Origin: Oculina patagonica
Lineage: Eukaryota
DNA: 64,000 nucleotides
Assembly: GCF_052425735.1 (NCBI RefSeq)
Contig: NC_135758.1
Coordinates: 46,252,001 to 46,316,000, forward strand
Reading direction: 5' to 3'
In this document: positions 51,303-63,041 of the stretch, in pieces
Layout: the number at the start of each line of letters is the position of its first letter
Position numbering within the stretch: position 1 is the first letter of the stretch
The notes under the pieces: generated by a model
Told to the model about the DNA's origin: nothing
The model's database searches: none
What the model saw: only the letters and a program-made list of their open reading frames with translations
Made by a program: the position numbers and the translations under genes

Positions 51303-52994
51303 TTACTGTATCAAGGCAGTTCCAACTTTGGTAGCACATAACTTATGCAAATTCATGTCCCTTACGTGACAAAAAAATACAGTCAGAAAATGCGTGATAT
51401 TTTTCGTTATTGCTTTCGTCAAGGTTTTGGTATTCAATTTTAAACATGACTTCAATTCAAGCTTTTCATTTCTGGTACACGTTATGCGTCCAGCAAAGCA
51501 CATTGTGAGAATTTGAAAACTTAAATGTCAAGTAAACAAGCTCGTCGAGCGATCGAAGGTAAATAGTGGATACGAAATACCTGTACATCACACGCGAATA
51601 CTTTTAAAACTGTCCATTTTTGCGAGGAATAAATCGTTTTCTCGGGAACATTTTCGAGTTTGCACATTTAAGAAAAACTTTTTTCTCGATACCCAGAGAA
51701 ACGAACAGCTCATGGAACATAACAATTTAGAGCAACACAACACCCAGAGAAATTAAACGAACTGCTTTCTATGAACAGAATTTGGAGCAACACAAGACAC
51801 ATAACAGTATTTCAGTGTTTCTATAAATGCTTTCGCTGTACGAACAATATAATTCTGCTTCTGCGAGCTAGTGCTTCCCTTCTATGAGATCGATAATCGC
51901 TGAACCAACAGAATTGTGATTTATTACTAAGCCTTATCTCACGAGCAAATCGGCACGGTAAAAGGAAACGCAAAATGGGCTCTGTACAGATATCAAAATT
52001 TTAACCCTGACAGTAAAGGAAATACACGTAAACGCTTACCTTCACGTTTCTTGTCCACGGGCAGTCCGGGAATTGTAAATACACTTCTGCAGATTTTATA
52101 AAGCTCAAGGCAACTCAACGCGACCTCAACAAACACAGCGCTCGACGACATCAACAACGCAACTGGTATTGCACCACCGCTTGCCAAGGTTTTGACATCT
52201 GTCATGACGTAATGGTTCTTTATTTAGCGTGCAGCTTGGACATGTCAAAACAAGTCGTTGTTTTGCAATATATTCAGCACGTTCCGTGTACGGCTTGTAC
52301 TCGCTTCGAGAAAAACGCTTGAATAACACAATATCACACAAAACAGAGCGCAGAGTATTCGAAAATATTTTAAAAACCGGCACTGAATGATTTTTGTATA
52401 GCTACACGCGACTGATCGCTGGTAAACATCAAATCTTGCGTGACCAAGGCGTGACCTGCTGGTCACCGTAATAGTTTCATTTAAAAATAGCGTGGACATT
52501 TCAAAACAGTTTTCGGTTTTGCAATGTGACAGTCAAACGCTCGAATGTCACAAACATACACTTCACACTAAACAGAGAGCAAAGTGTTTGTAAAATTTTA
52601 AACGAGCGATCGCCATACACATCAAAATTTGCGTGACCGTGACCTGCATCTCGAACGATTTACCGACAAAACGACAAAAACTAAACCCCGGGCAGATTAT
52701 GAACCGGGCCCAGGCCCCGCCCGGTTAACAAGTTTTTGGAAAAACAAATTTACCCCTTCACATTACTTCAAATTGTTCGTCTCCAGCAGAAACTGGAAGG
52801 TCACCGATGAAGGAAATATAGACATCAGTAAACCTCTTGAAAGAAACATCCTTTTTTCGACTTTTTTTGCTTGTTTACAAGCGAAAGTAGGAGAATAGCA
52901 GTTATGTTGGGCAGAATTTGGAACATTCTTGTTAACTCTTAAGGGACTTTTTTAATTTCTCAAGGGACTGTTTTAATTTCTCAAGGGATTTTTT

Positions 52995-53161
52995 TTCCGC
53001 TGTGGGTGATGAAAGGGTCTCTTATTAGTATTGCGTCAACACTTGCGATCTCGTGTTAAAGACGTGACCTGTCACATATTCCGCTGTGGGTGATGAAAGG
53101 GTCTCTCATTAGTATTGCGTCAACACTTGCGATATCGTGTTAAAAACATGACTTGTCACAT
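52995..53161. repeat. Two-copy 84-bp tandem repeat, preceded by three ~21-bp units (52938-52990)
   Basis: ttccgctgtgggtgatgaaagggtctc...tgtcacat at 52995 and 53079. Confidence 0.9.
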
Positions 53162-53416
53162 GTATAAACGTTATATAACAATTATTTTTATGCGTGAGTA
53201 TCTCAAATGAGATATGACACAACTAGTCGAAAATGTGAGTGGTTCAGCCCATGAAGGCAACGTTTAAGTCTTTCACAGTCTAAAGCGTTTGAATTCTTCC
53301 ATGATATGTTCGAACAACAATGCCCAGGATAAACCTTCTACTCATAACCTAAACGATTTGTTTTCGCGACAATCTATTGCGTTAGTCACGCTAAACACGA
53401 GTAAAGCGGCGCTAAT

Positions 53417-54122
53417 ATTCAATCTAACCTGACCTGTGACACTGAAAACCTCATCTACATAATTCAATGTAACCGCTGTAATTTACAATACATAGGAGAA
53501 ACTAAACGACGTTTAAAAGACCGATTTAATGAACACCGCCGTACCATAGATAACCCCAACAGTAAATCTAAACCCACTACAGCCGCACAACATTTCACTT
53601 CCTCGCCTAACCACACTGCTAATGACATACAATTAATCCCCATCGAAAAAGTCTTCTCTAACCGAGACTCAATCCGTAAGGCCAGGGAAGCTTTTTTAAT
53701 TCTAAAAGGCAGAACACTTGTTCCCGATGGCCTTAACATACGCGAAGAAACCTATTAGTTTGTTTACTTATATTATTATGTTGTCATTTTTTAAGCTTAG
53801 CATATTTTAAATTTTTTGTTTTATACTAGCACACTGTTTACATATTTCCTGTATTTAGTTTTACGTATTTCCGGTATTTCGTAAGATATCATTATCACCA
53901 TATAAATTTAAACATAGCCAATGTAAACTTCATTGTACCTGAAGAAGGCTGGTTTGGCCAGCCGAAATATAGTACAAGACTAACTCTCTCATTCTACGTT
54001 GTATCGGTCTCTGCTTCTTCAATTTCAGTTTTCTATGTGTCAAACCGATTAGATCACTCAGTTGATCCAACGTATACCGGTAGGAGATCGTACACGGTTT
54101 GCTTGCTTGAACTTTTAATAGT
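53417..54122 (+). mobile_element. 5'-truncated Penelope-like element: GIY-YIG endonuclease remnant (53417-53758) plus 3' region
   Basis: Manual translation LTCDTENLIYIIQCNRCNLQYIGETKRRLKDRFNEHRR...HF...RKAREAFLILKGRTLVPDGLNIREETY*. A 13-bp direct repeat cgctaatattcaa at 53410-53422 and 54123-54135 brackets it. Confidence 0.9.
53933..53977 (+). ncRNA. Minimal type I hammerhead ribozyme of the Penelope-like element
   Basis: Stem I TTGTAC/GTACAA; core CTGAAGA(A); stem II GGCTGG-TTTGG-CCAGCC; GAAA; palindromic minimal stem III ATAT. Predicted cleavage after A53971. Confidence 0.8.
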
Positions 54123-55694
54123 CGCTAATATTCAACCTAAAGGATTTGTTTTCCCGACAATCTATTGCGTTAGTCACGCTAAATACGAGTAAATAATCAT
54201 TTATTCGCGTTCTCAATTCAAGGGATTTCTTTTCGGTGTGGGCCGGGGGTGTGGGTATATATGAAGAATGTATTCTGAAAATAATGCATCGCCATTAGAA
54301 AAATAAACAGCAACTGTTTTACTGGAAATGTAGTCGTTAGAAATGGCATGTGTAGCCGTAAGGTAAAGAATAACGCGAGGAGAAGCGGCTTTTGGTAATA
54401 TCCAAACGAAAATTTACTTTTCAATGTGGGGTTAAGATTGCGTGACGAGGTAAGGTAACTCTGTCGTGCGTAACCTTTATCGAGAACCCCGCATTAAGCC
54501 AAGTAGAAATCTTTCTAACTCGAAAGGAAACAACTATTTGGATTAAAGGCAAACGTCAAAGTTTACCATTTTTAACCAAGCCAAAGTATATGAGTCGCAA
54601 ATCACCCAGCCGTCGCGACTGACAAATACAGCATTTCCTCCGCGAAAATAAAAAAAAATGCTTGAACTGAAAGACGTTTGAATTCTTCCATGATATGTTC
54701 GAACAACAATGCCCAGGATAAACCTCCTACTCATACTAACTTCATACAAAAAAGTCGATATCTCGAAGAGATCTTTGATTTAATTCATTTGAAGCGTGAA
54801 CAAACGCTTTGAAAGTTAAGTGGCCGATAACTGGGCTCCTGACTGTACAACGAACAGTTTTATTATACACTCGCCAGGCTTCGTTCAAATTTCTTCAGTA
54901 TCGATCAGTTATGAACATTTTAACTACTGCCTTTAGTTTTTAGTTCTGTTTTTTGTTTCCTCTTATTCAAGGGGAACAAAAAGCGAAACAGGATGCGAAT
55001 GCAATCCGTTATATAGAGAGTTTATGAAAAGGTGGTCCGCCATATTTAAAATTGAGCCTGAAAGGACTCGAAATGAAGACGGGTGATGGGAACGAAACTT
55101 CAGCTAGCTCATGAATTAAAAGTGTCGGTGAACGTGGTGGATATTTACCACGCCGCTTCGCGGCTCGGTAAATATCCACCACTATTCACCTCTACTTCGG
55201 CGAATAATTGTTACAACACTACCCTTGTGCAATTCAGTTTGGGTGGGGTGAACAAGGGGAGCTTGCTTGAGGCTGGGCGCTTATCACTTTTCCTACCTTC
55301 AAGATGGGTTCTTATTCAAGGTGGCGCTTATTCGAGGTTGGGCGTTTAATCGAATAAAATATACGGTACGCTCTTACCTGCGAGCGAAAGACGCAATTGT
55401 TTGTGGTCATTGGAGTGTACGTATGTCCATATACAAATGTCGCACCAAAATAAGTGCACCGGTCCATTGATCAATTATAATATGTCTGCGCTGTAACATA
55501 AATTAAATAAACAATTTGCGCTCTTTGTAGAGAGAAAGTTATTCAATTAGCTGACCTTTCTAATACATTGAGAGCTGCAATTTCGAAGTTCGAAACCAAT
55601 GTACGTTGATGGTACGAGCAGCCCGTTGCTCGAGTAATTTTGTTTTTGCTGGACGAACACTTGACAACATAGCATGACGGGGCCGGCAAAGAAC

Positions 55695-56187
55695 TACTGT
55701 ATTTACTTGAATAAGCGCCGCGGCGCTTATTAAATTTTTTGTGCCTCGAGTGCGACGCTTATTCGAGAGCGGCCATAACTTTTGGGCGGCACTTACTTAA
55801 AGTTTGGACGCTGCAAATAATTTAATCTTTTTATAGTAATTGAAAATAGCGTCTTTTGATTCAGTATTCGTCTCTTGCTAAAGATAGAAGTGGCGCTAGC
55901 AGTCCCGGCCTGTTTGCGGCCTTCGCAACATTTACAGCTCTACGTATTGTAAGAATGTTGGATAAAAGAAACTTATGGGCGAGCGGTAAAACAATCACTT
56001 GAACTGCAAAACATCGCTTTTGATAGAAAGAACTGTCCAAGTTTGTTTTAAAGTTGCTTTGTAGTTCTGTTTTAAGTTAAATGGAATTCCTCGAATAATG
56101 CCGCATAGGGATTGCGGCGCTTTTTAACTTTTTTGTCCCATTTGCGGCGCTTATTCGGGGGCAGCGCTTATTCGATTAAATACGATA
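55695..56187. mobile_element. TA-flanked MITE (Tc1/mariner-like)
   Basis: tactgtatttacttgaataagcgc / gcgcttattcgattaaatacgata, with internal gcgcttatt repeats. A partial relative lies at 55270-55368. Confidence 0.65.
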
Positions 56188-56300
56188 GACAAGTTTTTGG
56201 GCCTAATGTAGAGGTACGCAGGCCATGCTCTTGAAAAAAAAGAGTTGTGTACAGTGTTTAAGATTAAGGGAACAAACACTTGTTAGAAGTTAACAAATGA

Positions 56301-56513
56301 AGGCGCGTTTACACGACAAAAAATTTGGGTGTGGACCCGTCAGAAAATTGGTCCGGACCTGATCACTTTTGTAGAGAAACAGTCAAATCAAAACGGGGCC
56401 ATAGGCGCCTATGGCCCCGTTTTGATTTAACTGTTTCTCTACAAAAGTGGTTAGGACCAGACCGTTTTTGTGACGGGTCCGCACCCAAATTTCTCTGCCG
56501 TGTAAACTCGCCT
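56301..56513. mobile_element. Fully palindromic Harbinger-type MITE
   Basis: 213-bp fold-back centred on taggcgccta; ends AGGCG.GTTTACACG; TGA duplicated at 56298-56300 and 56514-56516. Confidence 0.85.
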
Positions 56514-56554
56514 TGAGTCTGTTTTTTATTTAACAATTAGATTATGAGCTCGAG

Positions 56555-59500
56555 CAAACAAGCAAAAGTCATCGGAAGAACTCTGAAAATTGAAAACGCT
56601 AAATATTCAATCGACAACGTGCCAAAGGAACTACTTGAGTGAGTTTATTAGTTTATTATAATACTATTTGTCTTAATCGTCATTAATTCCGGATAAGGGC
56701 GCACTCAGGGTTGCTATAGCCAATGTTGGTTTAAGTCTGCTTAGTTAGGAGGATTTCGAAGTTGATGGAAATTGCTTTACTACCTTTCTGAATTGCTCAG
56801 GAGAAATCAAAATTCACAAACCCGAAAATGCTAATCACACTTCTTAGTTCTATTGTTATATATGTGTCTAGTCCCTCGTGTCTTTTTTCTTTATTGTATG
56901 CATACTTATTTATATTGTTTGGTCTTTACGCACTCAATTTCACGACTTTTTTTTCTCTAAGTTATTCAATGATAATAATATAGACGTAGGGTTAATATCT
57001 CTCAATGTGAGAGGATTACGCGAGTATAGGAAATCTAATAAGATATTCAACTGGGTGGCAAAACACGGTGGAAATCGAGGAATCGCATTTCTTCAAGAGA
57101 TTCATTCGATATTGAGACGGAATGGTCCCAAAGATATAAAGGCGAAATAATCATGTCTCATGGAACGTCAAATAGTAAAGGTGTCGCTATTTTATTTGGT
57201 GAACAACTAGACTATAGCATCGTTAAGAAAATTATTGACCAAAATGGCTGATTTATCCTCGCTTTGTGCCTGTTGCAAGGCAACTCCTTTCTACTAATAA
57301 ATTCTTACGCACCCAATGATGAAAAAAATCAAGTATCGCTTGTGTTAGAGATATGCGTAGTAATCAACAACCTTGACTGCCCAGTAGATACCTCTTTTAT
57401 CTGGGGCGGCGACTTCAACTTTATCTTCGATATAGAGCTGGAAGCAAGCGGTGGGAATCCAAAATTAAAAACTCACTCGATCGAAGCTATTCTGGAAATT
57501 ATGCTAGATCTGGATCTGTGCGATATATGGAGGGTCAGAAACCCGGACGCCAAAAAATTCACCTGGAGCGGCAAAGGGCAAGGACGAAGCAGCTCCTTAA
57601 ACATAACCATATATAGGCGTTTAGATTATTTCTTAATTTCTGACGAACTTCAATCATATATCGAACAAGTAGATATCATTCCGGCCCCGTCCACCGATCA
57701 TTCTGCGATTACTTTGCGTATTAAATCATTGCCCGGGGTTAAAAACGGTCCATCATTTTGGAAATTCAACAACTCTCTCATTAACGACAGCAACTATATT
57801 GGAGAAATGAAAAATGTAATAAACAACTGCAAAGTAAAAATGGATTCTGAAGGAATTGTAAATCCTCAGCTGCGATGGGACTTGTTGAAATATGAAATTC
57901 GCAAATCAACAATAACATTCTCAAAAGCACGTGCAAAAACATTCAGGAATGAATACCGAGATATCGAGGAAAAGATTAAGAAAATCGAAAGCTTTCACGG
58001 GTGGGAACATGACCCTGTTAAAACCGCCGAGCACGACAAATTAAAAAAGTCTTTGGAAGATAAAAGCAATTACATCACGGAAGGAATAATCATAAGATCC
58101 AAAGTGAACTGGTATGAGCAGGGTGAAAAAAATACAAAATATTTTTTATCACTGGAAAAGCGTAATAAGGCCAAAACATATACTTTATCAGTTTTCAGTA
58201 TCTTTAATTTTTGAAGAAAACTCAGCTTTTTTAATAAAATATCCGATAAGCGAACGTTGTTACTATATTTGCATCTATGCCAGAATCCGGCCGCTGGTAG
58301 TACGTTCTCTAAGGTGCCAAAAAGGGCAGAATAGTAATGTCATTTCACGCAATAAATAGGATAAGTAATAACAGCTACATTTGTTGTAAACTGATTTGTT
58401 GGCTTGTCGTTGTTTGGTTTTGCTAGCTTGATTATTTCTGTCGATAAGGACTCTTCAATGTTACTTGTAAAAATCACATTAGTTATGCATAAATTAAATT
58501 TCTCATCTTTCATTGTAGTTCAAATATCGCAAAAAAAGACGAGGTTCCAATACTCCGATTCACGGTGACTTTTAGTATGTTATTCCTCAATATATGCAAA
58601 GTCGAATAAGGCATGTTTTATTTTTGTTGCAATTTGTTTTGGGTTAGGCAACGAAATGGCTTGTATTGACTGGACTACAAGGCTGGAAAACGCTAATGAA
58701 GGACGCCGACGCTTTTGAGGATCACGATCCCTCAAACCCCGGTAGAAATGACACTGCTTCCAAAATAACATCAAAAGACGTATACCTTTCGTTTGTTCAA
58801 TCAAAATATAAAAAACCTACTGCCCAATCTCATTTCCTGAAACGGGTCGATGGCCAAATTGACTGGGAATCCGTCTATCGTAGAATATATAACATGTCTA
58901 TTGATCTTTACACAAGATGTTTTCAATATAAAATCCTTAACAATTGCCTTTATTTAAACAGGGACCTATTCCGCTTCAAGATCATCGAATCTCCTATTTG
59001 TTCCTTCTGTTCTATTTATTCAGAAACAATCGATCACCTTTTTGTCCATTGTGAGCACTCTAAATCCCTGTATAGGGACATAAGAATTTGGACTAAATCT
59101 GCCGGAATTGTTTTGCCAGAATTGAATATCTCAAATATTATATTAGGTAAAGACTCTGAAAAAAACAGCGCTATAATAAACCTTATTCTTACAGTGTTCA
59201 AACTTTTAATATATAAGTCTAGATCTGGTGGCCAAATGCCAAGTGTACAACGTTTCATAAATGAACTCAACTTTTATGAAAAAATAGAAAGAAATATTGC
59301 CAGGAAACGAGATAAGCTTGCGTGTCATTTTAAGAAATGGTCTAATCTAGTATCTATTTTGTGAGATATTTAAACCCCTTATCTTTCCTTTATAAAAGCT
59401 TCCTGTATAAGTAGCGTAGAGACCACTCTTTGTTGTTTGTTTTGTATGGCACAAACTTGTAATGTAGTTTATGTAGATTAGGTTAATTTGATTTTAGTTA

Positions 59501-59655
59501 TCGTAATTGTAATCGAATGTAATATTATGTAATTCAGTTGAATGTGATTTATTCATTTATTTATCTATTTATTTATTTTTGTATTGTATAACTGATTTTT
59601 TTATGTTGTTTGTAATTTATAATTGTGCAATCAATTAAAAAAAAAAAAAAAAAAA
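56555..59655 (+). mobile_element. Tx1/L1-clade LINE, 5'-truncated, RT domain missing
   Basis: ORF1-like tail to 56641. ORF2 endonuclease (SLNVRGL, LQEIH, GDFN, RLDYFL, TDHSA) with a frameshift near 57110 and a stop near 57250. WYEQGEKNTKYF linker. C-terminal CSFC...ETIDHLF..C zinc knuckle. 3' UTR and poly(A) at 59637-59656. 16-bp TSD agattatgagctcgag at 56539-56554 and 59656-59671. Confidence 0.93.
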
Positions 59656-61119
59656 AGATTATGAGCTCGAGATTTCTATGAGGTGATTGATGATGAGCTA
59701 AAATTAACTGTCAAACATTCCGAGCTCGCGCGTACCCCTATACTAACGGCTGATCGGCTGAAAGTATACTAGTAGCTCTGCCAATCAGATTGTCGCATTT
59801 GCAATGATGTACTAGTAGAATTCTACTAGCAAAAAGACCCATATAGCTAGGATTTTTAACGTTGGGTGCGTTAGAGCTGCACAGGAGTGTTCTCATAAAG
59901 GCCGGAAGGTATAGCTTGTAGGGGTGGCCAGGGGTATGCTCCCCCGGGAATTTTGAATAGTTGTCTGAGACAGCATTTCGTGCGTTCTGAAGGCAGTTTG
60001 ATATAAACTCTGGCAGCCAAAAGCGAACGAAAACACATGATATTTCTGGGACTTTTAACCTTCAATGAATTTTTGGATAAAAATAAACTTTATGTGACAT
60101 GCAATTAACGTGATGTAACTAAATTTAAGTAAGAGAATACCGATTACAGAGACATATCATCACTTACAATTTATGCAGCACATAAAAGGAACGGTTCGGC
60201 TGAGGTTTTTAGGTCAAATTAAAAAAAATGTCACCCAATATATCTGCAAATAACTGACTTTCGATTAAAGAAATTTTCAAGCCAAAGGAGTAAATATGTC
60301 GGTGAAAATGACTGATGTAATTTTTGTTTAAACTTCACCAGTAAGCAAAGCGCCGGCACTACTATTTTAGTTTTTTCTTTCTTTCTTTTTTTTTTTCTTC
60401 TTCAAAAATTCTTTTCCCTTTGAGTCATCGGTCCACATTAGATGGCATTCGTATCCGTTGTACCCTTCTATCTCCAGGCCTGCGCATATCACTGCATGAA
60501 AAAGTGGGCGAACTACGTTGGCTTTGGATATGGGAACCAAGGAAGTCAGAATAATTTTCTCTTGTGAAATGGCTGCTTACATATGTTAAGGCCCGCAACT
60601 GCTAAAAAAAATAAACTTGGATAAATAAAAATACAACTAATATATTAATGATGTGGTTCCAAGGAAGTATTGAAACCATCATATTTATTGCGATTTATCG
60701 TCTGGGAATTGTTCTGGTTTTCCAATTATCGCCATACAACAAGCATTGAGGTATAATTAGCTGATTCATATCAGTCGAAGAAATAAAAAAATATCACTTA
60801 TTTGTTTCTTCTTTACTCGCCTCACCACAGATTGATTAAAAAAAGCCAAAAGGCGTTTTCTTACAAACAAGAGCAGGACACGCCACGCTGTATTATTGAG
60901 CCAATCTGTAGCTAAACCTTGAGCAATTGTCCTTGGAACCGGCTGATTTGGTCTTCGGTCACATAAACAGACTTGTTCTTCTTTGTTTTACTCTGGATTT
61001 CATTCATCCTTTTACATAAAGGGAAATTTAGTGGTGCATCAAGTCAATAACTTCTGGTTATTGATTTTTTTTTTCATTATTCTCGTCACCTGTCTGCTTG
61101 ACATCAGAGGAGAAATTAA

Positions 61120-61781
61120 GGACGTTCGCGCTAATTGTTTATGCGCATCCTTACTGAGCACGTAATTCATGTCGCAACGGCACGCCACGTCATGCATGAT
61201 CGCGCGCGTTTATAAATCGTTCCAAACACATACAGGGTGGGTAGCCGTTGTGTTAACTTCGCTTGTAGTTTGATTCCTTAAATGGTCGGTGACCCCCATT
61301 TTTCCGGGATAAATAACCTTTTGGGATAAATCTTTACCGATTGACAAAAAATGAGCCAAATTCGAATGTTAGAAGTTTATTATTTTTCAATTTTTTTCCC
61401 GCGCGCGGTCGAATTAGTCACATTTTGCAGCATTTCGCTGTTTTGAACGTTTGCAAATCTAATTCTTAAAGACAAGGTTTACTCTAAGGGACTTTAAAAG
61501 TGAAATGTATTCGTTCAATTAACCAAATTAAATAAATTGGGACAAATGAAATGGGCCTGCAGGATTTCATTAAAAATATTTTGTTGCCAGAAGCCGCAGA
61601 GGTCATATCGAGTCACGAAATCAAATTTATCCAAATAAGCATCTTCTTTCAGATATCATATACTGAAAACGAATTCGGTGACCCCCAATGTTTTTACATT
61701 TCTGCATAAGTAACCTGTAAGCTAGCAGTGGTGAAAGTTAAAGAAAAATTGCAATGTTGGAAGATTCTCGCGCGAACGTCC
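61120..61781. mobile_element. TTAA-flanked MITE (Kolobok-like)
   Basis: TTAA-GGACGTTCGCGC ... GCGCGAACGTCC-TTAA. Confidence 0.8.
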
Positions 61782-62349
61782 TTAAATGATCTTCACTTTA
61801 GAAATTCAGTCATTAACAAACAAGGTTGTCTAAGAGAATATTTTCCCAGTTATTATTATTTTTTATTATTTTGCACCCCAAATTTCTTTACACATACACC
61901 TTGAAAACAATTTTTTCTATATATTCGTTTTAACAGCAACGGCTGATGTAATATATATGAGGATCACGTTAAGTTTAGATTTATGTCATGTTTTAGAGTT
62001 GATCTAGATGCTTTAATTATTTGGCAGTCGAGTAATTTTTCGATTTTTAAAAGAAATAAAGGTAAGCAATCACAAGGCTACAACTAATTTCAAACTGGCA
62101 ATGCCAAAAAAGAAAAGAAAAAAGAAATTATTTCTCTTCCTTTGTGTAGGTTGCTCAGTAACCGTCTTTTTATAGAGAGCCACAGGTTCATCAGCCCTGC
62201 TGTTAAGTGCGAGATTACAAACGAATATTCTGGTTGTTTTAAAATATCAGTGCCAAGGAAACAACATACAGCAAAAGCACCCTTACATATTTATGTTTTT
62301 AATAAATAATTTACTCCAGCGTAACACAAAGTTAGCGACAGCTGTGAAT

Positions 62350-62603
62350 CTAGAAGTCCTTTGGACGAATCTTCATCTCGGACCTCTTGACAGACACACC
62401 GTTATTCCAGTGGTACCAGCGCATTCCTCGAGAATCGGTCTTACCCGGCAGGTACATGCCATTGAGGTTTGAGTAATAGCAACTCTTGTACCACCAGGCC
62501 CCTTTAAATAGTAAGGCACAGTGTGATGACCAGTCGTCATTATCGCGATCTTTGGTTGAAAAAGCAAATCCACGATGATAGGTGAGAGAATCACCAGCAG
62601 TTC
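62350..62603 (-). CDS. Last exon of FReD copy 6 (upstream exons presumably beyond the window)
   Basis: Acceptor tttccag|GA ACT GCT, then [46 protein letters not shown]...KDF*. The 3' flank is homologous to that of the other copies. Confidence 0.85.
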
Positions 62604-62897
62604 CTGGAAACAAATTTAAATGCAAACTTGGCGTTGAACTTAGTCATTTCAAAATAGTAAGGAACAATTTATAGTCAACAACGATGATATGCCAGGGTAA
62701 ATATTGTGTCTACTGTTTCCCGAAAATTTAATTTTATAGTGTACCACTTACGTCATAAGAAAGCGCATAAGTAAACAATGTAAAAAACCTAGTATGACGG
62801 TTGACTTGGACATCGACTATCAGCAGCTGATATCGAACCCTCAGAAGCTATTTGTTTCCTCCAAAAGACATTCAAACTTTCCACGCAAGTATATATA

Positions 62898-63041
62898 TGT
62901 TATTCACCAGCCGGGAGGTCCGTATTGGGATAAACTGTGCCCGAGGTCTTGGATACCGCCCGAGGCCGCAGGCCTCGGGCAGTTCCAAGACCTCGGGCAC
63001 AGTTTATCCCAATACGGACCGACCAAGGCTGGCGAATAACA
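62898..63041. repeat. 144-bp fold-back, probably the end of a longer element in intron 2 of copy 6
   Basis: tgttattc.ccagcc...cccgaggccgcaggcctcggg...ggctggcgaataaca; same style as 10312-10475, 19800-19892 and 55128-55191. Confidence 0.75.

Larger units (their letters stand above)
36676..52728 (-). mobile_element. Helentron/Helitron2 (~16 kb), formerly autonomous
   Basis: Rep-helicase-endonuclease ORF. 10-bp asymmetric inverted repeats AACCGGGCGG at 36700-36709 and 52717-52726. 5' hairpin AACCGGGC-N9-GCCCGGTT at 52702-52726. 3' hairpin AAGCTT-N4-AAGCTT at 36682-36697. Confidence 0.85.

Noticed and set aside
53464-53739. 91-aa minus-strand ORF
   Set aside because: Antisense to the real GIY-YIG frame on the plus strand.
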